Shown piece by piece: positions 18,898-28,304 of a DNA stretch of 45,664 nucleotides. Both the position numbers and the translations under genes were made by a program. This DNA is from a bacterium. GTDB lineage: Bacteria; Zhuqueibacterota; Zhuqueibacteria; Oceanimicrobiales; Oceanimicrobiaceae. Under the pieces are notes generated by a model. It was not told the DNA's origin. It did not search any database and saw only the letters and a list, made by a program, of their open reading frames with translations. The stretch lies in contig JBHHXT010000020.1 in NCBI GenBank assembly GCA_046757165.1, forward strand, positions 1 to 45,664, in the 5' to 3' direction. The first letter of the stretch is position 1. Every line of letters starts with the position of its first letter.

Positions 18898-20049
18898 ATG
18901 GACAATCAGATAAAGATTCCCCATCAAACTATCGTACGCTATCTGCGCCGCCAGCTCGCTGCGGATGAAAAAGCGCGCATTCAAACCATCAAGCAAGAAG
19001 ACAAGTCTTACGAATTTCTATTTGATCTCCTCGATACTCTCAGAAGCAAAGCAACCCTCAAAAAACAAATCACGGATACGACCCCTCTTTCTATCACCTT
19101 CTCCCAATTAGACGACCTGCTCGTGGCAATCTTTGCGGGCCAGGCCACCCGCCAGCAGGCGCAGCAGTTCATCGACGCCCTGATGTTCACGCCTATCTTT
19201 TATGAGCGCTTGCTGGTCCGGCTGCCGGCGGTTACGCCAGCACTGGCCATGGTGGAAGTGGCAGAAATGGCGCAAGTGGCCATACAATCGGATGAAGCGA
19301 TCCTGCGTGAGAGAATCTCGAGAAAAAGAGACTCCTCTGAACAAAGAAGCAGGCTCGTGCCGGTTGCAACCCCGCTGAGAAGGAGGCTGGGGGAATGGCT
19401 CGACTGGGTCGTGGGCCATCCGGGTTACGCTGTCGGCTCGGCGTTGGCTGTAGTCTTCATCGCGGTGCTGCTGACGCCAACCGTTTTGCAGCTCCTCAAA
19501 GACCCGTACGCTGCTTATGTGTATGATCAACGGATTCCATACCCATACTCAGCAATCATTTTTCGCTCGCCATCCGGCTCGCCGCAGGAAGAATCGGACC
19601 ATCAGACTTTAGAGACGCAATTCCGGGCGGCGATGGGGGACTATCTGTCCAGGAAGTATGAGCGGGCGCTCCTGCGCCTGGAGCGACTCCTGCCGCTGGT
19701 AGACAACCTGCTGGCACAGACGCCTGAACGCGAGGCTCTGGCGATCTTTCGCGATTACTATTTCTATCTGGGCGTGTCCCACTTTGCGCTTTCGAGGAGT
19801 CGGGAGCGCGATTTGACAAAAGAGGGCGTTCGGCAACATAATCGCGCAGCCATACGCTATCTGGCACGAGCACAAACGCTTGCTTCGGAAAGTGATCCGG
19901 ATTCGATGGATCGCGAAACGTTCTTCCTGGGGCTGGCATACGGATTCGGCCAGCAAAAAGAAAAGGCTGCTGAGCAGTTGAGAATAATCCCCGAGTCCAG
20001 CAGCCATTATGAGAAAAGCGTCAGCCTGATTCGCGAGTGGTCTGAGTAA
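18898..20049 (+). CDS. Single-pass membrane anti-sigma-like protein with C-terminal TPR-like domain
   Basis: Helical N-terminus (IVRYLRRQLAADEKARI), TM YAVGSALAVVFIAVLLTPTVL, TPR-like YFYLGVSHF and TFFLGLAY. Confidence 0.7.
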   Translation: MDNQIKIPHQTIVRYLRRQLAADEKARIQTIKQEDKSYEFLFDLLDTLRSKATLKKQITDTTPLSITFSQLDDLLVAIFAGQATRQQAQQFIDALMFTPIFYERLLVRLPAVTPALAMVEVAEMAQVAIQSDEAILRERISRKRDSSEQRSRLVPVATPLRRRLGEWLDWVVGHPGYAVGSALAVVFIAVLLTPTVLQLLKDPYAAYVYDQRIPYPYSAIIFRSPSGSPQEESDHQTLETQFRAAMGDYLSRKYERALLRLERLLPLVDNLLAQTPEREALAIFRDYYFYLGVSHFALSRSRERDLTKEGVRQHNRAAIRYLARAQTLASESDPDSMDRETFFLGLAYGFGQQKEKAAEQLRIIPESSSHYEKSVSLIREWSE

Positions 20050-20077
20050 GAACTGCCGATGAGGCAAAGCGATTATT

Positions 20078-20105
20078 TTTTTTCGCAGACCTCGCTGCGA
20101 AAAAA
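20078..20105. terminator. Hairpin after the anti-sigma-like gene
   Basis: TTTTTTCGCAG-ACCTCG-CTGCGAAAAAA. The U-tract is on the minus strand, so termination on the plus strand is uncertain. Confidence 0.45.
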
Positions 20106-20253
20106 GTCATTGGTGCTTCGCGCCGTCATTTGCCCAGCGGGCGTCATTTGGTCCTTGCTTGCCCAATGACGAGCGAAGCTCAAATGACGGTTTTTTCAGT
20201 AATGTCTGGCGCCAGGCGCCTGAACTATCCCATTCAGGAGAGGAGGTAAAAAC

Positions 20254-20820
20254 ATGGCAAACGGCTTTATCAAAGGTGTCACCCAACCCCAGAGGAAACG
20301 GGTGGTGGTCAAGGAGGAGGAATTTGGGCCGCTGAACGAGTTCGTCAACAATGATGATCGCCTTTCCGGGTTTCCAGTGGAATTTCGCACCGGGTTGCAC
20401 ATTCTGGCATTCATCCAAAAACCCACCGATGACCCAGAAGACGAGCCCGAACCCATCAACAGCACCTTTATTTCCGCACAGGTGAGCAAGCTGGGTGGCG
20501 ATGGACACAACACGACGATCATTCTGGCCATCGACGGGAGAGTGGTATTCCGCGAAAGCTTCAAGACCGTGGAGACCCTGGGCCTGAAAAAGCGAAACAA
20601 TCCGTATGGCGTCGTTTTCCACAAAGGCAAAAAGGGCGTACGGACGCTGACGATTGGATTTTCTGTGCCCCTGTTCTTTCTGTCGAAGTTGGAGTTGTAT
20701 GCCAAAGTAGAAGAAGACGATGTGAGCAAGATCGTCTCGAATGTGATCTGGGGAACGGAAGGAAGTGGGGATGGGGAGCCACCTAACGGACCAGGTGGCG
20801 GTGAAGACCCCTTTCCTTAA
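20254..20820 (+). CDS. Hypothetical cytoplasmic protein
   Basis: Strong GGAGG RBS; 188 aa, beta-rich core (IILAIDGRVV...NNPYGVVF...TLTIGFSVPL), acidic Gly/Pro tail. Confidence 0.8.
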   Translation: MANGFIKGVTQPQRKRVVVKEEEFGPLNEFVNNDDRLSGFPVEFRTGLHILAFIQKPTDDPEDEPEPINSTFISAQVSKLGGDGHNTTIILAIDGRVVFRESFKTVETLGLKKRNNPYGVVFHKGKKGVRTLTIGFSVPLFFLSKLELYAKVEEDDVSKIVSNVIWGTEGSGDGEPPNGPGGGEDPFP

Positions 20821-21018
20821 ACGGCTGTGCAACACTAGTTTGCCAATTGTCCCGGCACGGTAACATCGTTTCTGAACGTCGCGCCCGTGCGGAACAAAGT
20901 TGCAGAGTGTCGCAAAGGATAAACAGCTTCGTCAAAACACGGGTTATTCCTCTGCGTGTCTGTATTTCGCATGGGCGGGACCGTCCGACAATAAAGTGAT
21001 GTTCGAGGGGAGGAACGA

Positions 21019-24000
21019 ATGTTCGAGCTGAACGAAACATCCAGCGTATCTAGCCGTCCCGGTTGCCTGATGACTCAGTCTCATCGGCCAACTCAATACT
21101 CCAGCTTCCTTCGTTTTATGCTCGGATTGCTGGTCGCGCTCCTGTTGTTCGCCGAGGCCACCTCCGCCCACGCCGTCCTGCAAGAAGATCTCTCCACCAC
21201 CATGTCCCAATTCTATCACGAGTTAGAGCTGGTGGCGGCGGATTCCTCCGGCGACCTCATCCAGATGTTGCAGGATTTCGTAGAACGCTATCCGAGGTTT
21301 GAACGCGCATATCTGCACCTGCTGGAGCACTACATCTTTACCGGCCAGATTCAAGAAGCTCAAACCTTTTTCCTGCAATTGGCAAAAGAAAGGCGCCATC
21401 GGCGAAACAGCCACTGGATGCTGGCCAAAATCTTCCAGCATAACAAGGACCCACAAGCCGCTTTGCAAGCATTTATCGTAGCCCTGCAAGATTCGTTGCA
21501 GCCAGGCCCAAAGCTGCTGAGTGATTTTCTATGGTTTGATAACAGACACTTGAAACGGTACAATGACCCCGAGTTTGTCAAACAACTGAACCTTGACGAC
21601 AAGACCCGAGATATTGCTGATGCCATCCATACTTTCCTGAAATTGGACTTTCGCAAGGCCACAGGACGCTTTGAGCGATTACCAGCGAGGGCTTCAAACG
21701 ATCCGAATCTTCTGTACACCTGGGGGTATTGCCATCGGCGACAGGGACACGATGAGGAAGCCAGGGTGCTCTGGCAGAAGGGCCTCGAGATTGCCCGCAA
21801 GCAGGGGGACCTGGAGTCAGAAGCCAAGTTTCTGTTGGTATTGGGGAATCTGTACCGTTCGTCTCAAAACCCGGAAAGGGTCTTGTGCTACTTCGATTCA
21901 TCCTACGCTATCGCTAAGAGAATCAATGACCTGCAAAACATGGAATACCTGGCCGGAAACCGAGCCATTATTTATCGAGAAAGGGGAGATTACGCGCTCG
22001 CCGAGGCGTTTTTCCGCAAAGCCATCGCAACCTCGAGGCAGTTGAGATCTGAATGGAAACTGTCGGTCTGGTACTCACACCTGGGCTGGCTATTTCACCA
22101 CAACGAGCAGTATGATACGGCATTAGAATACTATGACTTGAGTGCAAGTTTTGCCAGGAAGACCAATCATGAACAAATGTTGCTGCAAGCCTTGTTGAAC
22201 AAGGCCAGAATATACAACAGCACAGGACACACGCGATTAGCAGAAGGCTTCTATGATGAAGTGAACACGCTTGCTGGCAACAAGGGTATGGTTGAATACA
22301 CCCGTAGCGCTCGCGAGGGCTTAGCGGACATTTATCTTGCAGAAGGCAAAGTCGAGAAATCCAGAAGAATCTACCATGATCTACTAAGCTCGCCTATTCA
22401 TAAGCACGGCTATTTGGCAAACCGCGCCTACTGGAACATTCAGACCGGGCGTTCCCATCTGGCGGAATACGCCTATGAGTCCGCCAGGCAGAGCTTTCAG
22501 CAGGCGCACAAACTCTCGAAGGTGGCCCAATCAGACCGCTTGACTGTATGGTCCTTCATCTACCTAGCTCGGATGGACCTTCTTGCAGGGAGGTGGACTG
22601 AAGCACAGAAGAATTACGTCCAGGCTTTAGAAATCGCCAGAAGCGAAGATAACGATAGCCTACCCGCAATCCACCTCGGTCTCGGCAACGTTTACAAGGC
22701 GAGGGGGGAACGAACCAAGGCTATCACAGAATACCGCAAAACGGCAAGAATCGTCGAGAAAACGCGCGCAAACCTCGGCGTCCGCCAATTTCGAGTGGCG
22801 TATTTTGTCGCCGCCTCCGAGGTTTACAACCAACTCATCGATTGCTATTATCAATGGTACCTGGACTCCAACCAATCTGCACTATTGGACAGCCTCTACT
22901 ACTATGTCGAAATGACACGCAGCCGGGCCCTCAGAGACCTGAAACTGCAGAAAATGGCCAACCGCAAGACGCGACCCGCACAGCAAGCGGTCTCCTCCTA
23001 CGAGCAGGTCTGTCAAAACCTGCAGGTCAAACAACGAAAGCTGCGCGAACAAACAAAGCAAAGAACGCTCAGCGATAGCACATCGGAGAAACTCCTGGCA
23101 GATATTGAAATAAGCCGGTTGTCTCTGATTGAACAAAGACTTCGCCTTGCCGAAAACTCGTCTGCTGACGAGGTGATGCAACAGCAGCCACAGCAGGCGC
23201 TATTCGACGTAAGACCACAAACAACCGAATTTCATCATCCAGTGTTACTCTATCACTTGTCGAAGAGCGCGTCGTTTGTTCTTGCGCTCGTGAATGGGGA
23301 AAAGAAGCTTATCCAGTTGCCCATCTCCGCGTCGCAGGCGCGACAGGCTGTAAATTCGCTCGTCGCGCCGCTGCACCGGTTCACCATGCAGGGCTTTGTG
23401 CAAACACCGTTTCATGCAAAGATTGCGTATGAGTTATACCAGAAGCTCGTCGAGCCGGTCGAAGCCGCTCTAAACCTGCCGCAAAATCTCGTCATCGTCC
23501 CGGATATCGATCTGATGAATCTGCCGTTCGAAATGCTGCTGACCCGGCCAGCCGATAAGTCGCACTACACGCCTCAGGATAAGCCGACCTATGCCCCGTA
23601 TTTTTTGCAGCACCGGTATGCCATCACCTACAGTCCATCGAGCCTGCTTTTGGAGTCCTCATCAAGATGGCGCATGGGTCGCCCGGGTGTTCTGGTTTTC
23701 GCCGATCCCTTTGAAGAAACGCCGTTGCTGGCACAGCAACAGGATGAGAGTGCGGCAAGCGACAGGCTTGCTGCCTCGTACAGGCCGGATGACAGCGGCA
23801 GGAGCGTGCGGCAGCTCCGTTTGCGAGCTGGGTTGCGTTTGCAGGGCTTGCCGTTCGCAAAAGTGGAGGCCCAAAAGATTGATGAGATCGCACCGTGGGC
23901 AAAAATATACCAGCAGACGGAGGCCACAGAAGCTGTTTTTTTCAGGGAAGCAGCACGATTCGACATTCTGCATCTTGCGACCCATGGCTTCGTCGACAGC

Positions 24001-24534
24001 ACCTACGACGCGTTTTCCGGCCTGGTGCTGGCCGCTGGCCCGGACTCGACCGAGGACGGGTTTCTCATGGGGTATGAAATCGCCGAAATGAACCTCGATT
24101 GCGACCTGGTCACCCTGAGCGCGTGTGAGACGGGCAGAGGAAAATTGGTCACCGGAGAGGGCGTGCTCGGGCTGCCTCGTTTGTTCCTGAGTGCCGGAGC
24201 AAGATCGGTTCTGCTGACGCGCTGGAAAGTTGACGACCTGTTTTCCGCGCAATTGATGCCACAGTTTTACCGCCATCTGCTGCAGGAGAACCGGTCAAAA
24301 GCGAACGCTCTTGCGGAAGCAAAACGGGCGGTGCTCAACGAGGGGCACGAGCAAGGCGGCGTTTACTATCAACATCCCGTGTTCTGGGCGGCGTTTAGTC
24401 TCTTCGGAGACCCGGGGCAAAACAAGATTGATATTTCGAACGGCCTGACGGTTGCGAAATATTTTGCCGTCGCTCTGTTTCTCCTGATCGGCATACGCAT
24501 CTACGCGCGGCGGCGGCCCTCGGCGGTCTCGTGA
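21019..24534 (+). CDS. TPR-CHAT (caspase/HetF-like) cysteine protease, predicted exported and membrane-anchored
   Basis: N-terminal hydrophobic signal (FMLGLLVALLLFAEATSAHA), TPR array, catalytic ILHLATHG and LVTLSACETG, LVIVPD, HPVFWAAF, C-terminal TM followed by RRR. Confidence 0.93.
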   Translation: MFELNETSSVSSRPGCLMTQSHRPTQYSSFLRFMLGLLVALLLFAEATSAHAVLQEDLSTTMSQFYHELELVAADSSGDLIQMLQDFVERYPRFERAYLHLLEHYIFTGQIQEAQTFFLQLAKERRHRRNSHWMLAKIFQHNKDPQAALQAFIVALQDSLQPGPKLLSDFLWFDNRHLKRYNDPEFVKQLNLDDKTRDIADAIHTFLKLDFRKATGRFERLPARASNDPNLLYTWGYCHRRQGHDEEARVLWQKGLEIARKQGDLESEAKFLLVLGNLYRSSQNPERVLCYFDSSYAIAKRINDLQNMEYLAGNRAIIYRERGDYALAEAFFRKAIATSRQLRSEWKLSVWYSHLGWLFHHNEQYDTALEYYDLSASFARKTNHEQMLLQALLNKARIYNSTGHTRLAEGFYDEVNTLAGNKGMVEYTRSAREGLADIYLAEGKVEKSRRIYHDLLSSPIHKHGYLANRAYWNIQTGRSHLAEYAYESARQSFQQAHKLSKVAQSDRLTVWSFIYLARMDLLAGRWTEAQKNYVQALEIARSEDNDSLPAIHLGLGNVYKARGERTKAITEYRKTARIVEKTRANLGVRQFRVAYFVAASEVYNQLIDCYYQWYLDSNQSALLDSLYYYVEMTRSRALRDLKLQKMANRKTRPAQQAVSSYEQVCQNLQVKQRKLREQTKQRTLSDSTSEKLLADIEISRLSLIEQRLRLAENSSADEVMQQQPQQALFDVRPQTTEFHHPVLLYHLSKSASFVLALVNGEKKLIQLPISASQARQAVNSLVAPLHRFTMQGFVQTPFHAKIAYELYQKLVEPVEAALNLPQNLVIVPDIDLMNLPFEMLLTRPADKSHYTPQDKPTYAPYFLQHRYAITYSPSSLLLESSSRWRMGRPGVLVFADPFEETPLLAQQQDESAASDRLAASYRPDDSGRSVRQLRLRAGLRLQGLPFAKVEAQKIDEIAPWAKIYQQTEATEAVFFREAARFDILHLATHGFVDSTYDAFSGLVLAAGPDSTEDGFLMGYEIAEMNLDCDLVTLSACETGRGKLVTGEGVLGLPRLFLSAGARSVLLTRWKVDDLFSAQLMPQFYRHLLQENRSKANALAEAKRAVLNEGHEQGGVYYQHPVFWAAFSLFGDPGQNKIDISNGLTVAKYFAVALFLLIGIRIYARRRPSAVS

Positions 24535-24574
24535 ATTCGACTGTAAGGTCGGGATGAACCCCCGGCCATAGATT

Positions 24575-24772
24575 GGGGCTGTCCCAAAAGACCAGAAATG
24601 TCATTCCGGCCGAAGGGAGGAATCTGACGAGCCACCAATCGTAGGATTCACGAAGACAACTACTTACATCGGAGTCCTTGCATTAACAGATTTCTCGCTT
24701 CACTCGAAATGACAGGCCCCAAGAACCTTTTTGGACAACCCCATGACACAAAAGTGGATTTTTGGGACAGCC
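24575..24772. mobile_element. MITE-like palindromic insertion
   Basis: Left end GGGGCTGTCCCAAAAG (24575-24590), with two right-end copies (24727-24742, 24759-24772) and internal inverted arms GTCATTCC...GAATCTG (24600-24626) and CAGATTTC...AAATGAC (24687-24713). Confidence 0.6.
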
Positions 24773-24816
24773 TCTGCTGCGTTTCACACTACCCTTCAAC
24801 CAAAGGGAGAAGAACT

Positions 24817-27800
24817 ATGCTACCAACAAAGCTTCGGCACAATTGGGCCATTGTTGCGTGTTTCCTGGCCCTGGTTTGTTTCGCCGGGTTTCATGAGGAC
24901 GCGCGCGGCGGGAATGGCCGCTTCAAAGACGGGGCCTTTGATATCATTGTCACCCTCAGCCCCAATCTGACCGACGCAGATGTTGACACGCTGCAGAGTC
25001 GTTTCACCAACGCCAGCAGATTGCTCTACAATGCCACGGAGGGTCAGGCCCGGTTTGGCAGGGTCTTTATGCTCAAGAACTTCGTCGGCAAACGATTCTC
25101 GGATATCAGAATCTCCTTTTCCACCACGCCTCGCGAGGCACGCACGACCGGCCGTCTGGGTCGCGCAGGCCAGCGAGTTTACCTTTATACCAGGAACAAT
25201 ATCTACTCCAGCGATGTCGAGGACTCCCGGCAGACGATTGTGCACGAGTGGGCACACTATGCGTTTGATCTGCTCGACGAATACAAGGACCAGAACAACG
25301 TAGAAGGCAAATGGTGTATCGACCCGCCCTCCGATGGTGGAACGGTAACAGCATGTCTCATGGACAACTACAAAGCGCCCTCCCATCAGCACGTGACCGA
25401 ATTCTGCTGGTCGAGAATTGTTGATGAAACAGATGTCGGCAATCACGACCCGAACCACGACACAAAGCAGGAAGCAATCCACCATGAATCTTGTTGGCAG
25501 ACAATCATGGGCACGTATCGTTTCTTTACCCTGGCCGATGCAGGCCCTGACCCGGAAGTTCCAGGTTGTTTTGTATCACCGGATTTTATCATTCCCGCCG
25601 ATCCCCGGGTACGGGTCGCACTGGTGCTGGATAATTCAGCCAGCATGAACGGGCCGGGCAGCGAGGACAGCACCACCAATGGCGACACCGATGACAGCGA
25701 TGGCGAGCCGACAAAATTCGATTTCCTGAAAACGTTTGCCAACCTGTTTCTGGATCTGATCTCGACCAGCCAGAACAAGACCGAGCTTCAGATCATCTCC
25801 TTTAACTCGGAGGCGACGGAAATCTGGCCGCTCCAGTTGCTCGAGTCAAGCAATCTTACGGCGGCACAAAACTCGGTAAACTCTCTGACAGCAAGCGGAT
25901 TCACAAACATCGGCGCCGGCATGATCATGGCCCGGGACTCTTTGCTGAAAACGAACACGCCTGAAGAGGACCCCGGAATGAAGGGCCCCATGGTCATGGT
26001 CCTGGTGACGGACGGTTTTCACAATTATCCTCCTGAGACAGAGGAGACCCGTCCCGAGGCCGTCCTGCCAAGCCTTGTCGACGCCGGCATTCACATCCAT
26101 CCCGTCTCCCTGGGCGACGCGACGGATGAGGCGTTGATGAGCGACATCGCAGATTCTTCAGGCGCGGTTTTCTGGCGCGCAGAAAATTCCGTCCGCTTCG
26201 GCTCGAGTATGGCAGAACTCGCGGCCAACATCCTCGAAGGCTCGAACATGGGCAGCGAACAAAGCGGAAGCATCAGTGACAGCTCGCCCCCCACCTCCTC
26301 CATGAATCCCGCCAAATCGAGCAGGTTGCTGAGCAGCACGGTCCCGGTGGTGACAACGCCAACGCCCGCCCTCGAACCCATTTTTGTCGAGGCGGACGCG
26401 GACCAGGTCTTCTTTGATCTGGTCTGGTCCACGGGCAACTCCCGGCTGAACCTGCTGCTCGTCACCCCGGACGAGGAGCTGCTCCACCCGGATTCGCTCA
26501 GAGCTGCCCCCCGTGATGACATCAAAATATTCGAAGGCGACAGATATCAGTTGTATGCCGTCACCAAACCGGACAGCGGCGAGTGGAATTTCATGGTGGT
26601 GGCTGAGACCGCGCCCGAGCCGACGACGTTTGTGTTTCAGGCGCTGGGAATCAATCCGGCGGTCGAGCTCAATGTTCATGTTGAAAAGCAAGAACGAGAG
26701 CCTGCAGTTCTGGACAGTCAATCCAGGTTCCATCAGGCTGCACCGCTCATCCATATTGAAGCCGTCGCGACCGATACGCTGCCGCTCATCAACATCGACC
26801 TGGCAGCGAAAGTAACAGCGCCGGACGGCAGCGTCAGAACCATTCAACTCTCAGACAGTGGCCGCGTGCGATTGGATGGCGACAGATTCGCAAACGATGG
26901 CATCTACTCTGCCGACATTTTTCCGGCCGGCTTCGAAAGTGGCAACGGCTCCTACCGGGTTGAAGTGACGGCAACGGTTGACCAAAACGTTGCCCGCGTT
27001 GTCCCGGGCGACGACCCCGGGCCGGATTTTGGCGACCGGGAGCTCACCAGAGTCAGGAGCTTTCGCCGCCATATGTCCGTTCACGAGGTCGTCACCGAAC
27101 TTCCTGACGACAGCCCGGATGATACGGACAACGACGGAATCATTGATGACCTGGACCGGTGTGACGAAGACTCCGACGGAGATGGAACCCCGAATTGCGA
27201 GGACCTGGATTCCGACAACGATGACTATGCCGATGCGGACGAAACCACCGCAGACACGGATGAAGACGGCATCCCGAATTTCCTCGACCCGGATTCTGAT
27301 GGCGATGGCATCCCCGAGCTCGATGACCCGACGCCATACAAAGCAGACACCGGCTTCATCTACGGCGTCGACGAAGACCATGGCAGATTTGTCAGGATCG
27401 ATCCGACCGCCACCACGCCTGAGCTCCTCGATTTGGGACGGGTCGTGGACGCGGAAACCGGAAAGAAGATCAAGGACATGGAAGCTCTGACCTGGGACCC
27501 CGAGACAAGAAGCCTCTTCATGTTTTCAAACAGCCGCAAAGCACTGTTCAGGATCAGTCCGGACCGGCTTGCGGGACCGCCAGAAACCGGAGTTATCCGG
27601 GCGGAGCTGGTCGGCAAAGCCCGCAGCGAGGTGCACGCCATGTCGATTCATCCGGTGACCGGAGAACTCTACGGCGTGGCCAGGAAAAAATATCTGGCCC
27701 GAGTTGACAAAGCCACTGGCAGCCTGACCCGCATTGGCAAATTGGGGTTCAAAGACGTCGAAGGGTTGGCATTTACCGTTGCACCGGATCCTGTACTCTA

Positions 27801-28083
27801 CGGCGTCGACAACAAAACCGGCAAGCTCATTCGAATCGAGCTCACCACTGCCTCTGCCACATCGGTTCATCCTGAAAACAAGATCGGGTTTCGGGAAGTG
27901 GAGAGCCTCGTTTTCGATCGCGAGGGCACCCTGTTCGGATTTAGCGACAAACCAGAAGACAAACTCATCAAGATCGATGTGGCCACCGGCATCGGCCGCA
28001 AGGTCACCGTGCGCGGCACGCACGGTTTCGATATCGAAGGGATGGCCGTTATCTGGGGGACCCGGTTGTTGACAGGAAGATAG
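24817..28083 (+). CDS. Secreted CLCA-like zinc metalloprotease with vWA, Ca-binding DxDxDG repeats and C-terminal beta-propeller
   Basis: Signal peptide from ATG 24817; ASRLLYNAT, HEWAHYAFDLLDEY, EFC...NH...SCWQTI; vWA LVLDNSASM...TNIGAG...LVTDG; DRFANDGIYSA; TSP3-like repeats; propeller repeats. Confidence 0.88.
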   Translation: MLPTKLRHNWAIVACFLALVCFAGFHEDARGGNGRFKDGAFDIIVTLSPNLTDADVDTLQSRFTNASRLLYNATEGQARFGRVFMLKNFVGKRFSDIRISFSTTPREARTTGRLGRAGQRVYLYTRNNIYSSDVEDSRQTIVHEWAHYAFDLLDEYKDQNNVEGKWCIDPPSDGGTVTACLMDNYKAPSHQHVTEFCWSRIVDETDVGNHDPNHDTKQEAIHHESCWQTIMGTYRFFTLADAGPDPEVPGCFVSPDFIIPADPRVRVALVLDNSASMNGPGSEDSTTNGDTDDSDGEPTKFDFLKTFANLFLDLISTSQNKTELQIISFNSEATEIWPLQLLESSNLTAAQNSVNSLTASGFTNIGAGMIMARDSLLKTNTPEEDPGMKGPMVMVLVTDGFHNYPPETEETRPEAVLPSLVDAGIHIHPVSLGDATDEALMSDIADSSGAVFWRAENSVRFGSSMAELAANILEGSNMGSEQSGSISDSSPPTSSMNPAKSSRLLSSTVPVVTTPTPALEPIFVEADADQVFFDLVWSTGNSRLNLLLVTPDEELLHPDSLRAAPRDDIKIFEGDRYQLYAVTKPDSGEWNFMVVAETAPEPTTFVFQALGINPAVELNVHVEKQEREPAVLDSQSRFHQAAPLIHIEAVATDTLPLINIDLAAKVTAPDGSVRTIQLSDSGRVRLDGDRFANDGIYSADIFPAGFESGNGSYRVEVTATVDQNVARVVPGDDPGPDFGDRELTRVRSFRRHMSVHEVVTELPDDSPDDTDNDGIIDDLDRCDEDSDGDGTPNCEDLDSDNDDYADADETTADTDEDGIPNFLDPDSDGDGIPELDDPTPYKADTGFIYGVDEDHGRFVRIDPTATTPELLDLGRVVDAETGKKIKDMEALTWDPETRSLFMFSNSRKALFRISPDRLAGPPETGVIRAELVGKARSEVHAMSIHPVTGELYGVARKKYLARVDKATGSLTRIGKLGFKDVEGLAFTVAPDPVLYGVDNKTGKLIRIELTTASATSVHPENKIGFREVESLVFDREGTLFGFSDKPEDKLIKIDVATGIGRKVTVRGTHGFDIEGMAVIWGTRLLTGR

Positions 28084-28304
28084 CGCAGGGAGTGAACGGC
28101 GGACTTTGTTCAGCAGGTTACCGATCCAACACGGTCTCCGACTGTGTTTTATGTCTCATGCGGTTAGTTGAAATGACTATCTAGGCTCAGCGGGGTGCTG
28201 ACGGACTTCTGAGCCTCAAATCTCCACCAAACTCTCAGCGAAATTCCAATGCCAGAAATTCGCACAAAGGTAGCATCCGATCTGCCGGCCTGGAAACTTC
28301 ATGA

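Noticed and set aside
17791..24534. Type III-E CRISPR (Craspase) locus
   Set aside because: No repeat-spacer array or cas gene in the window, and the CHAT protein has a signal peptide and TM anchor; analogy only.
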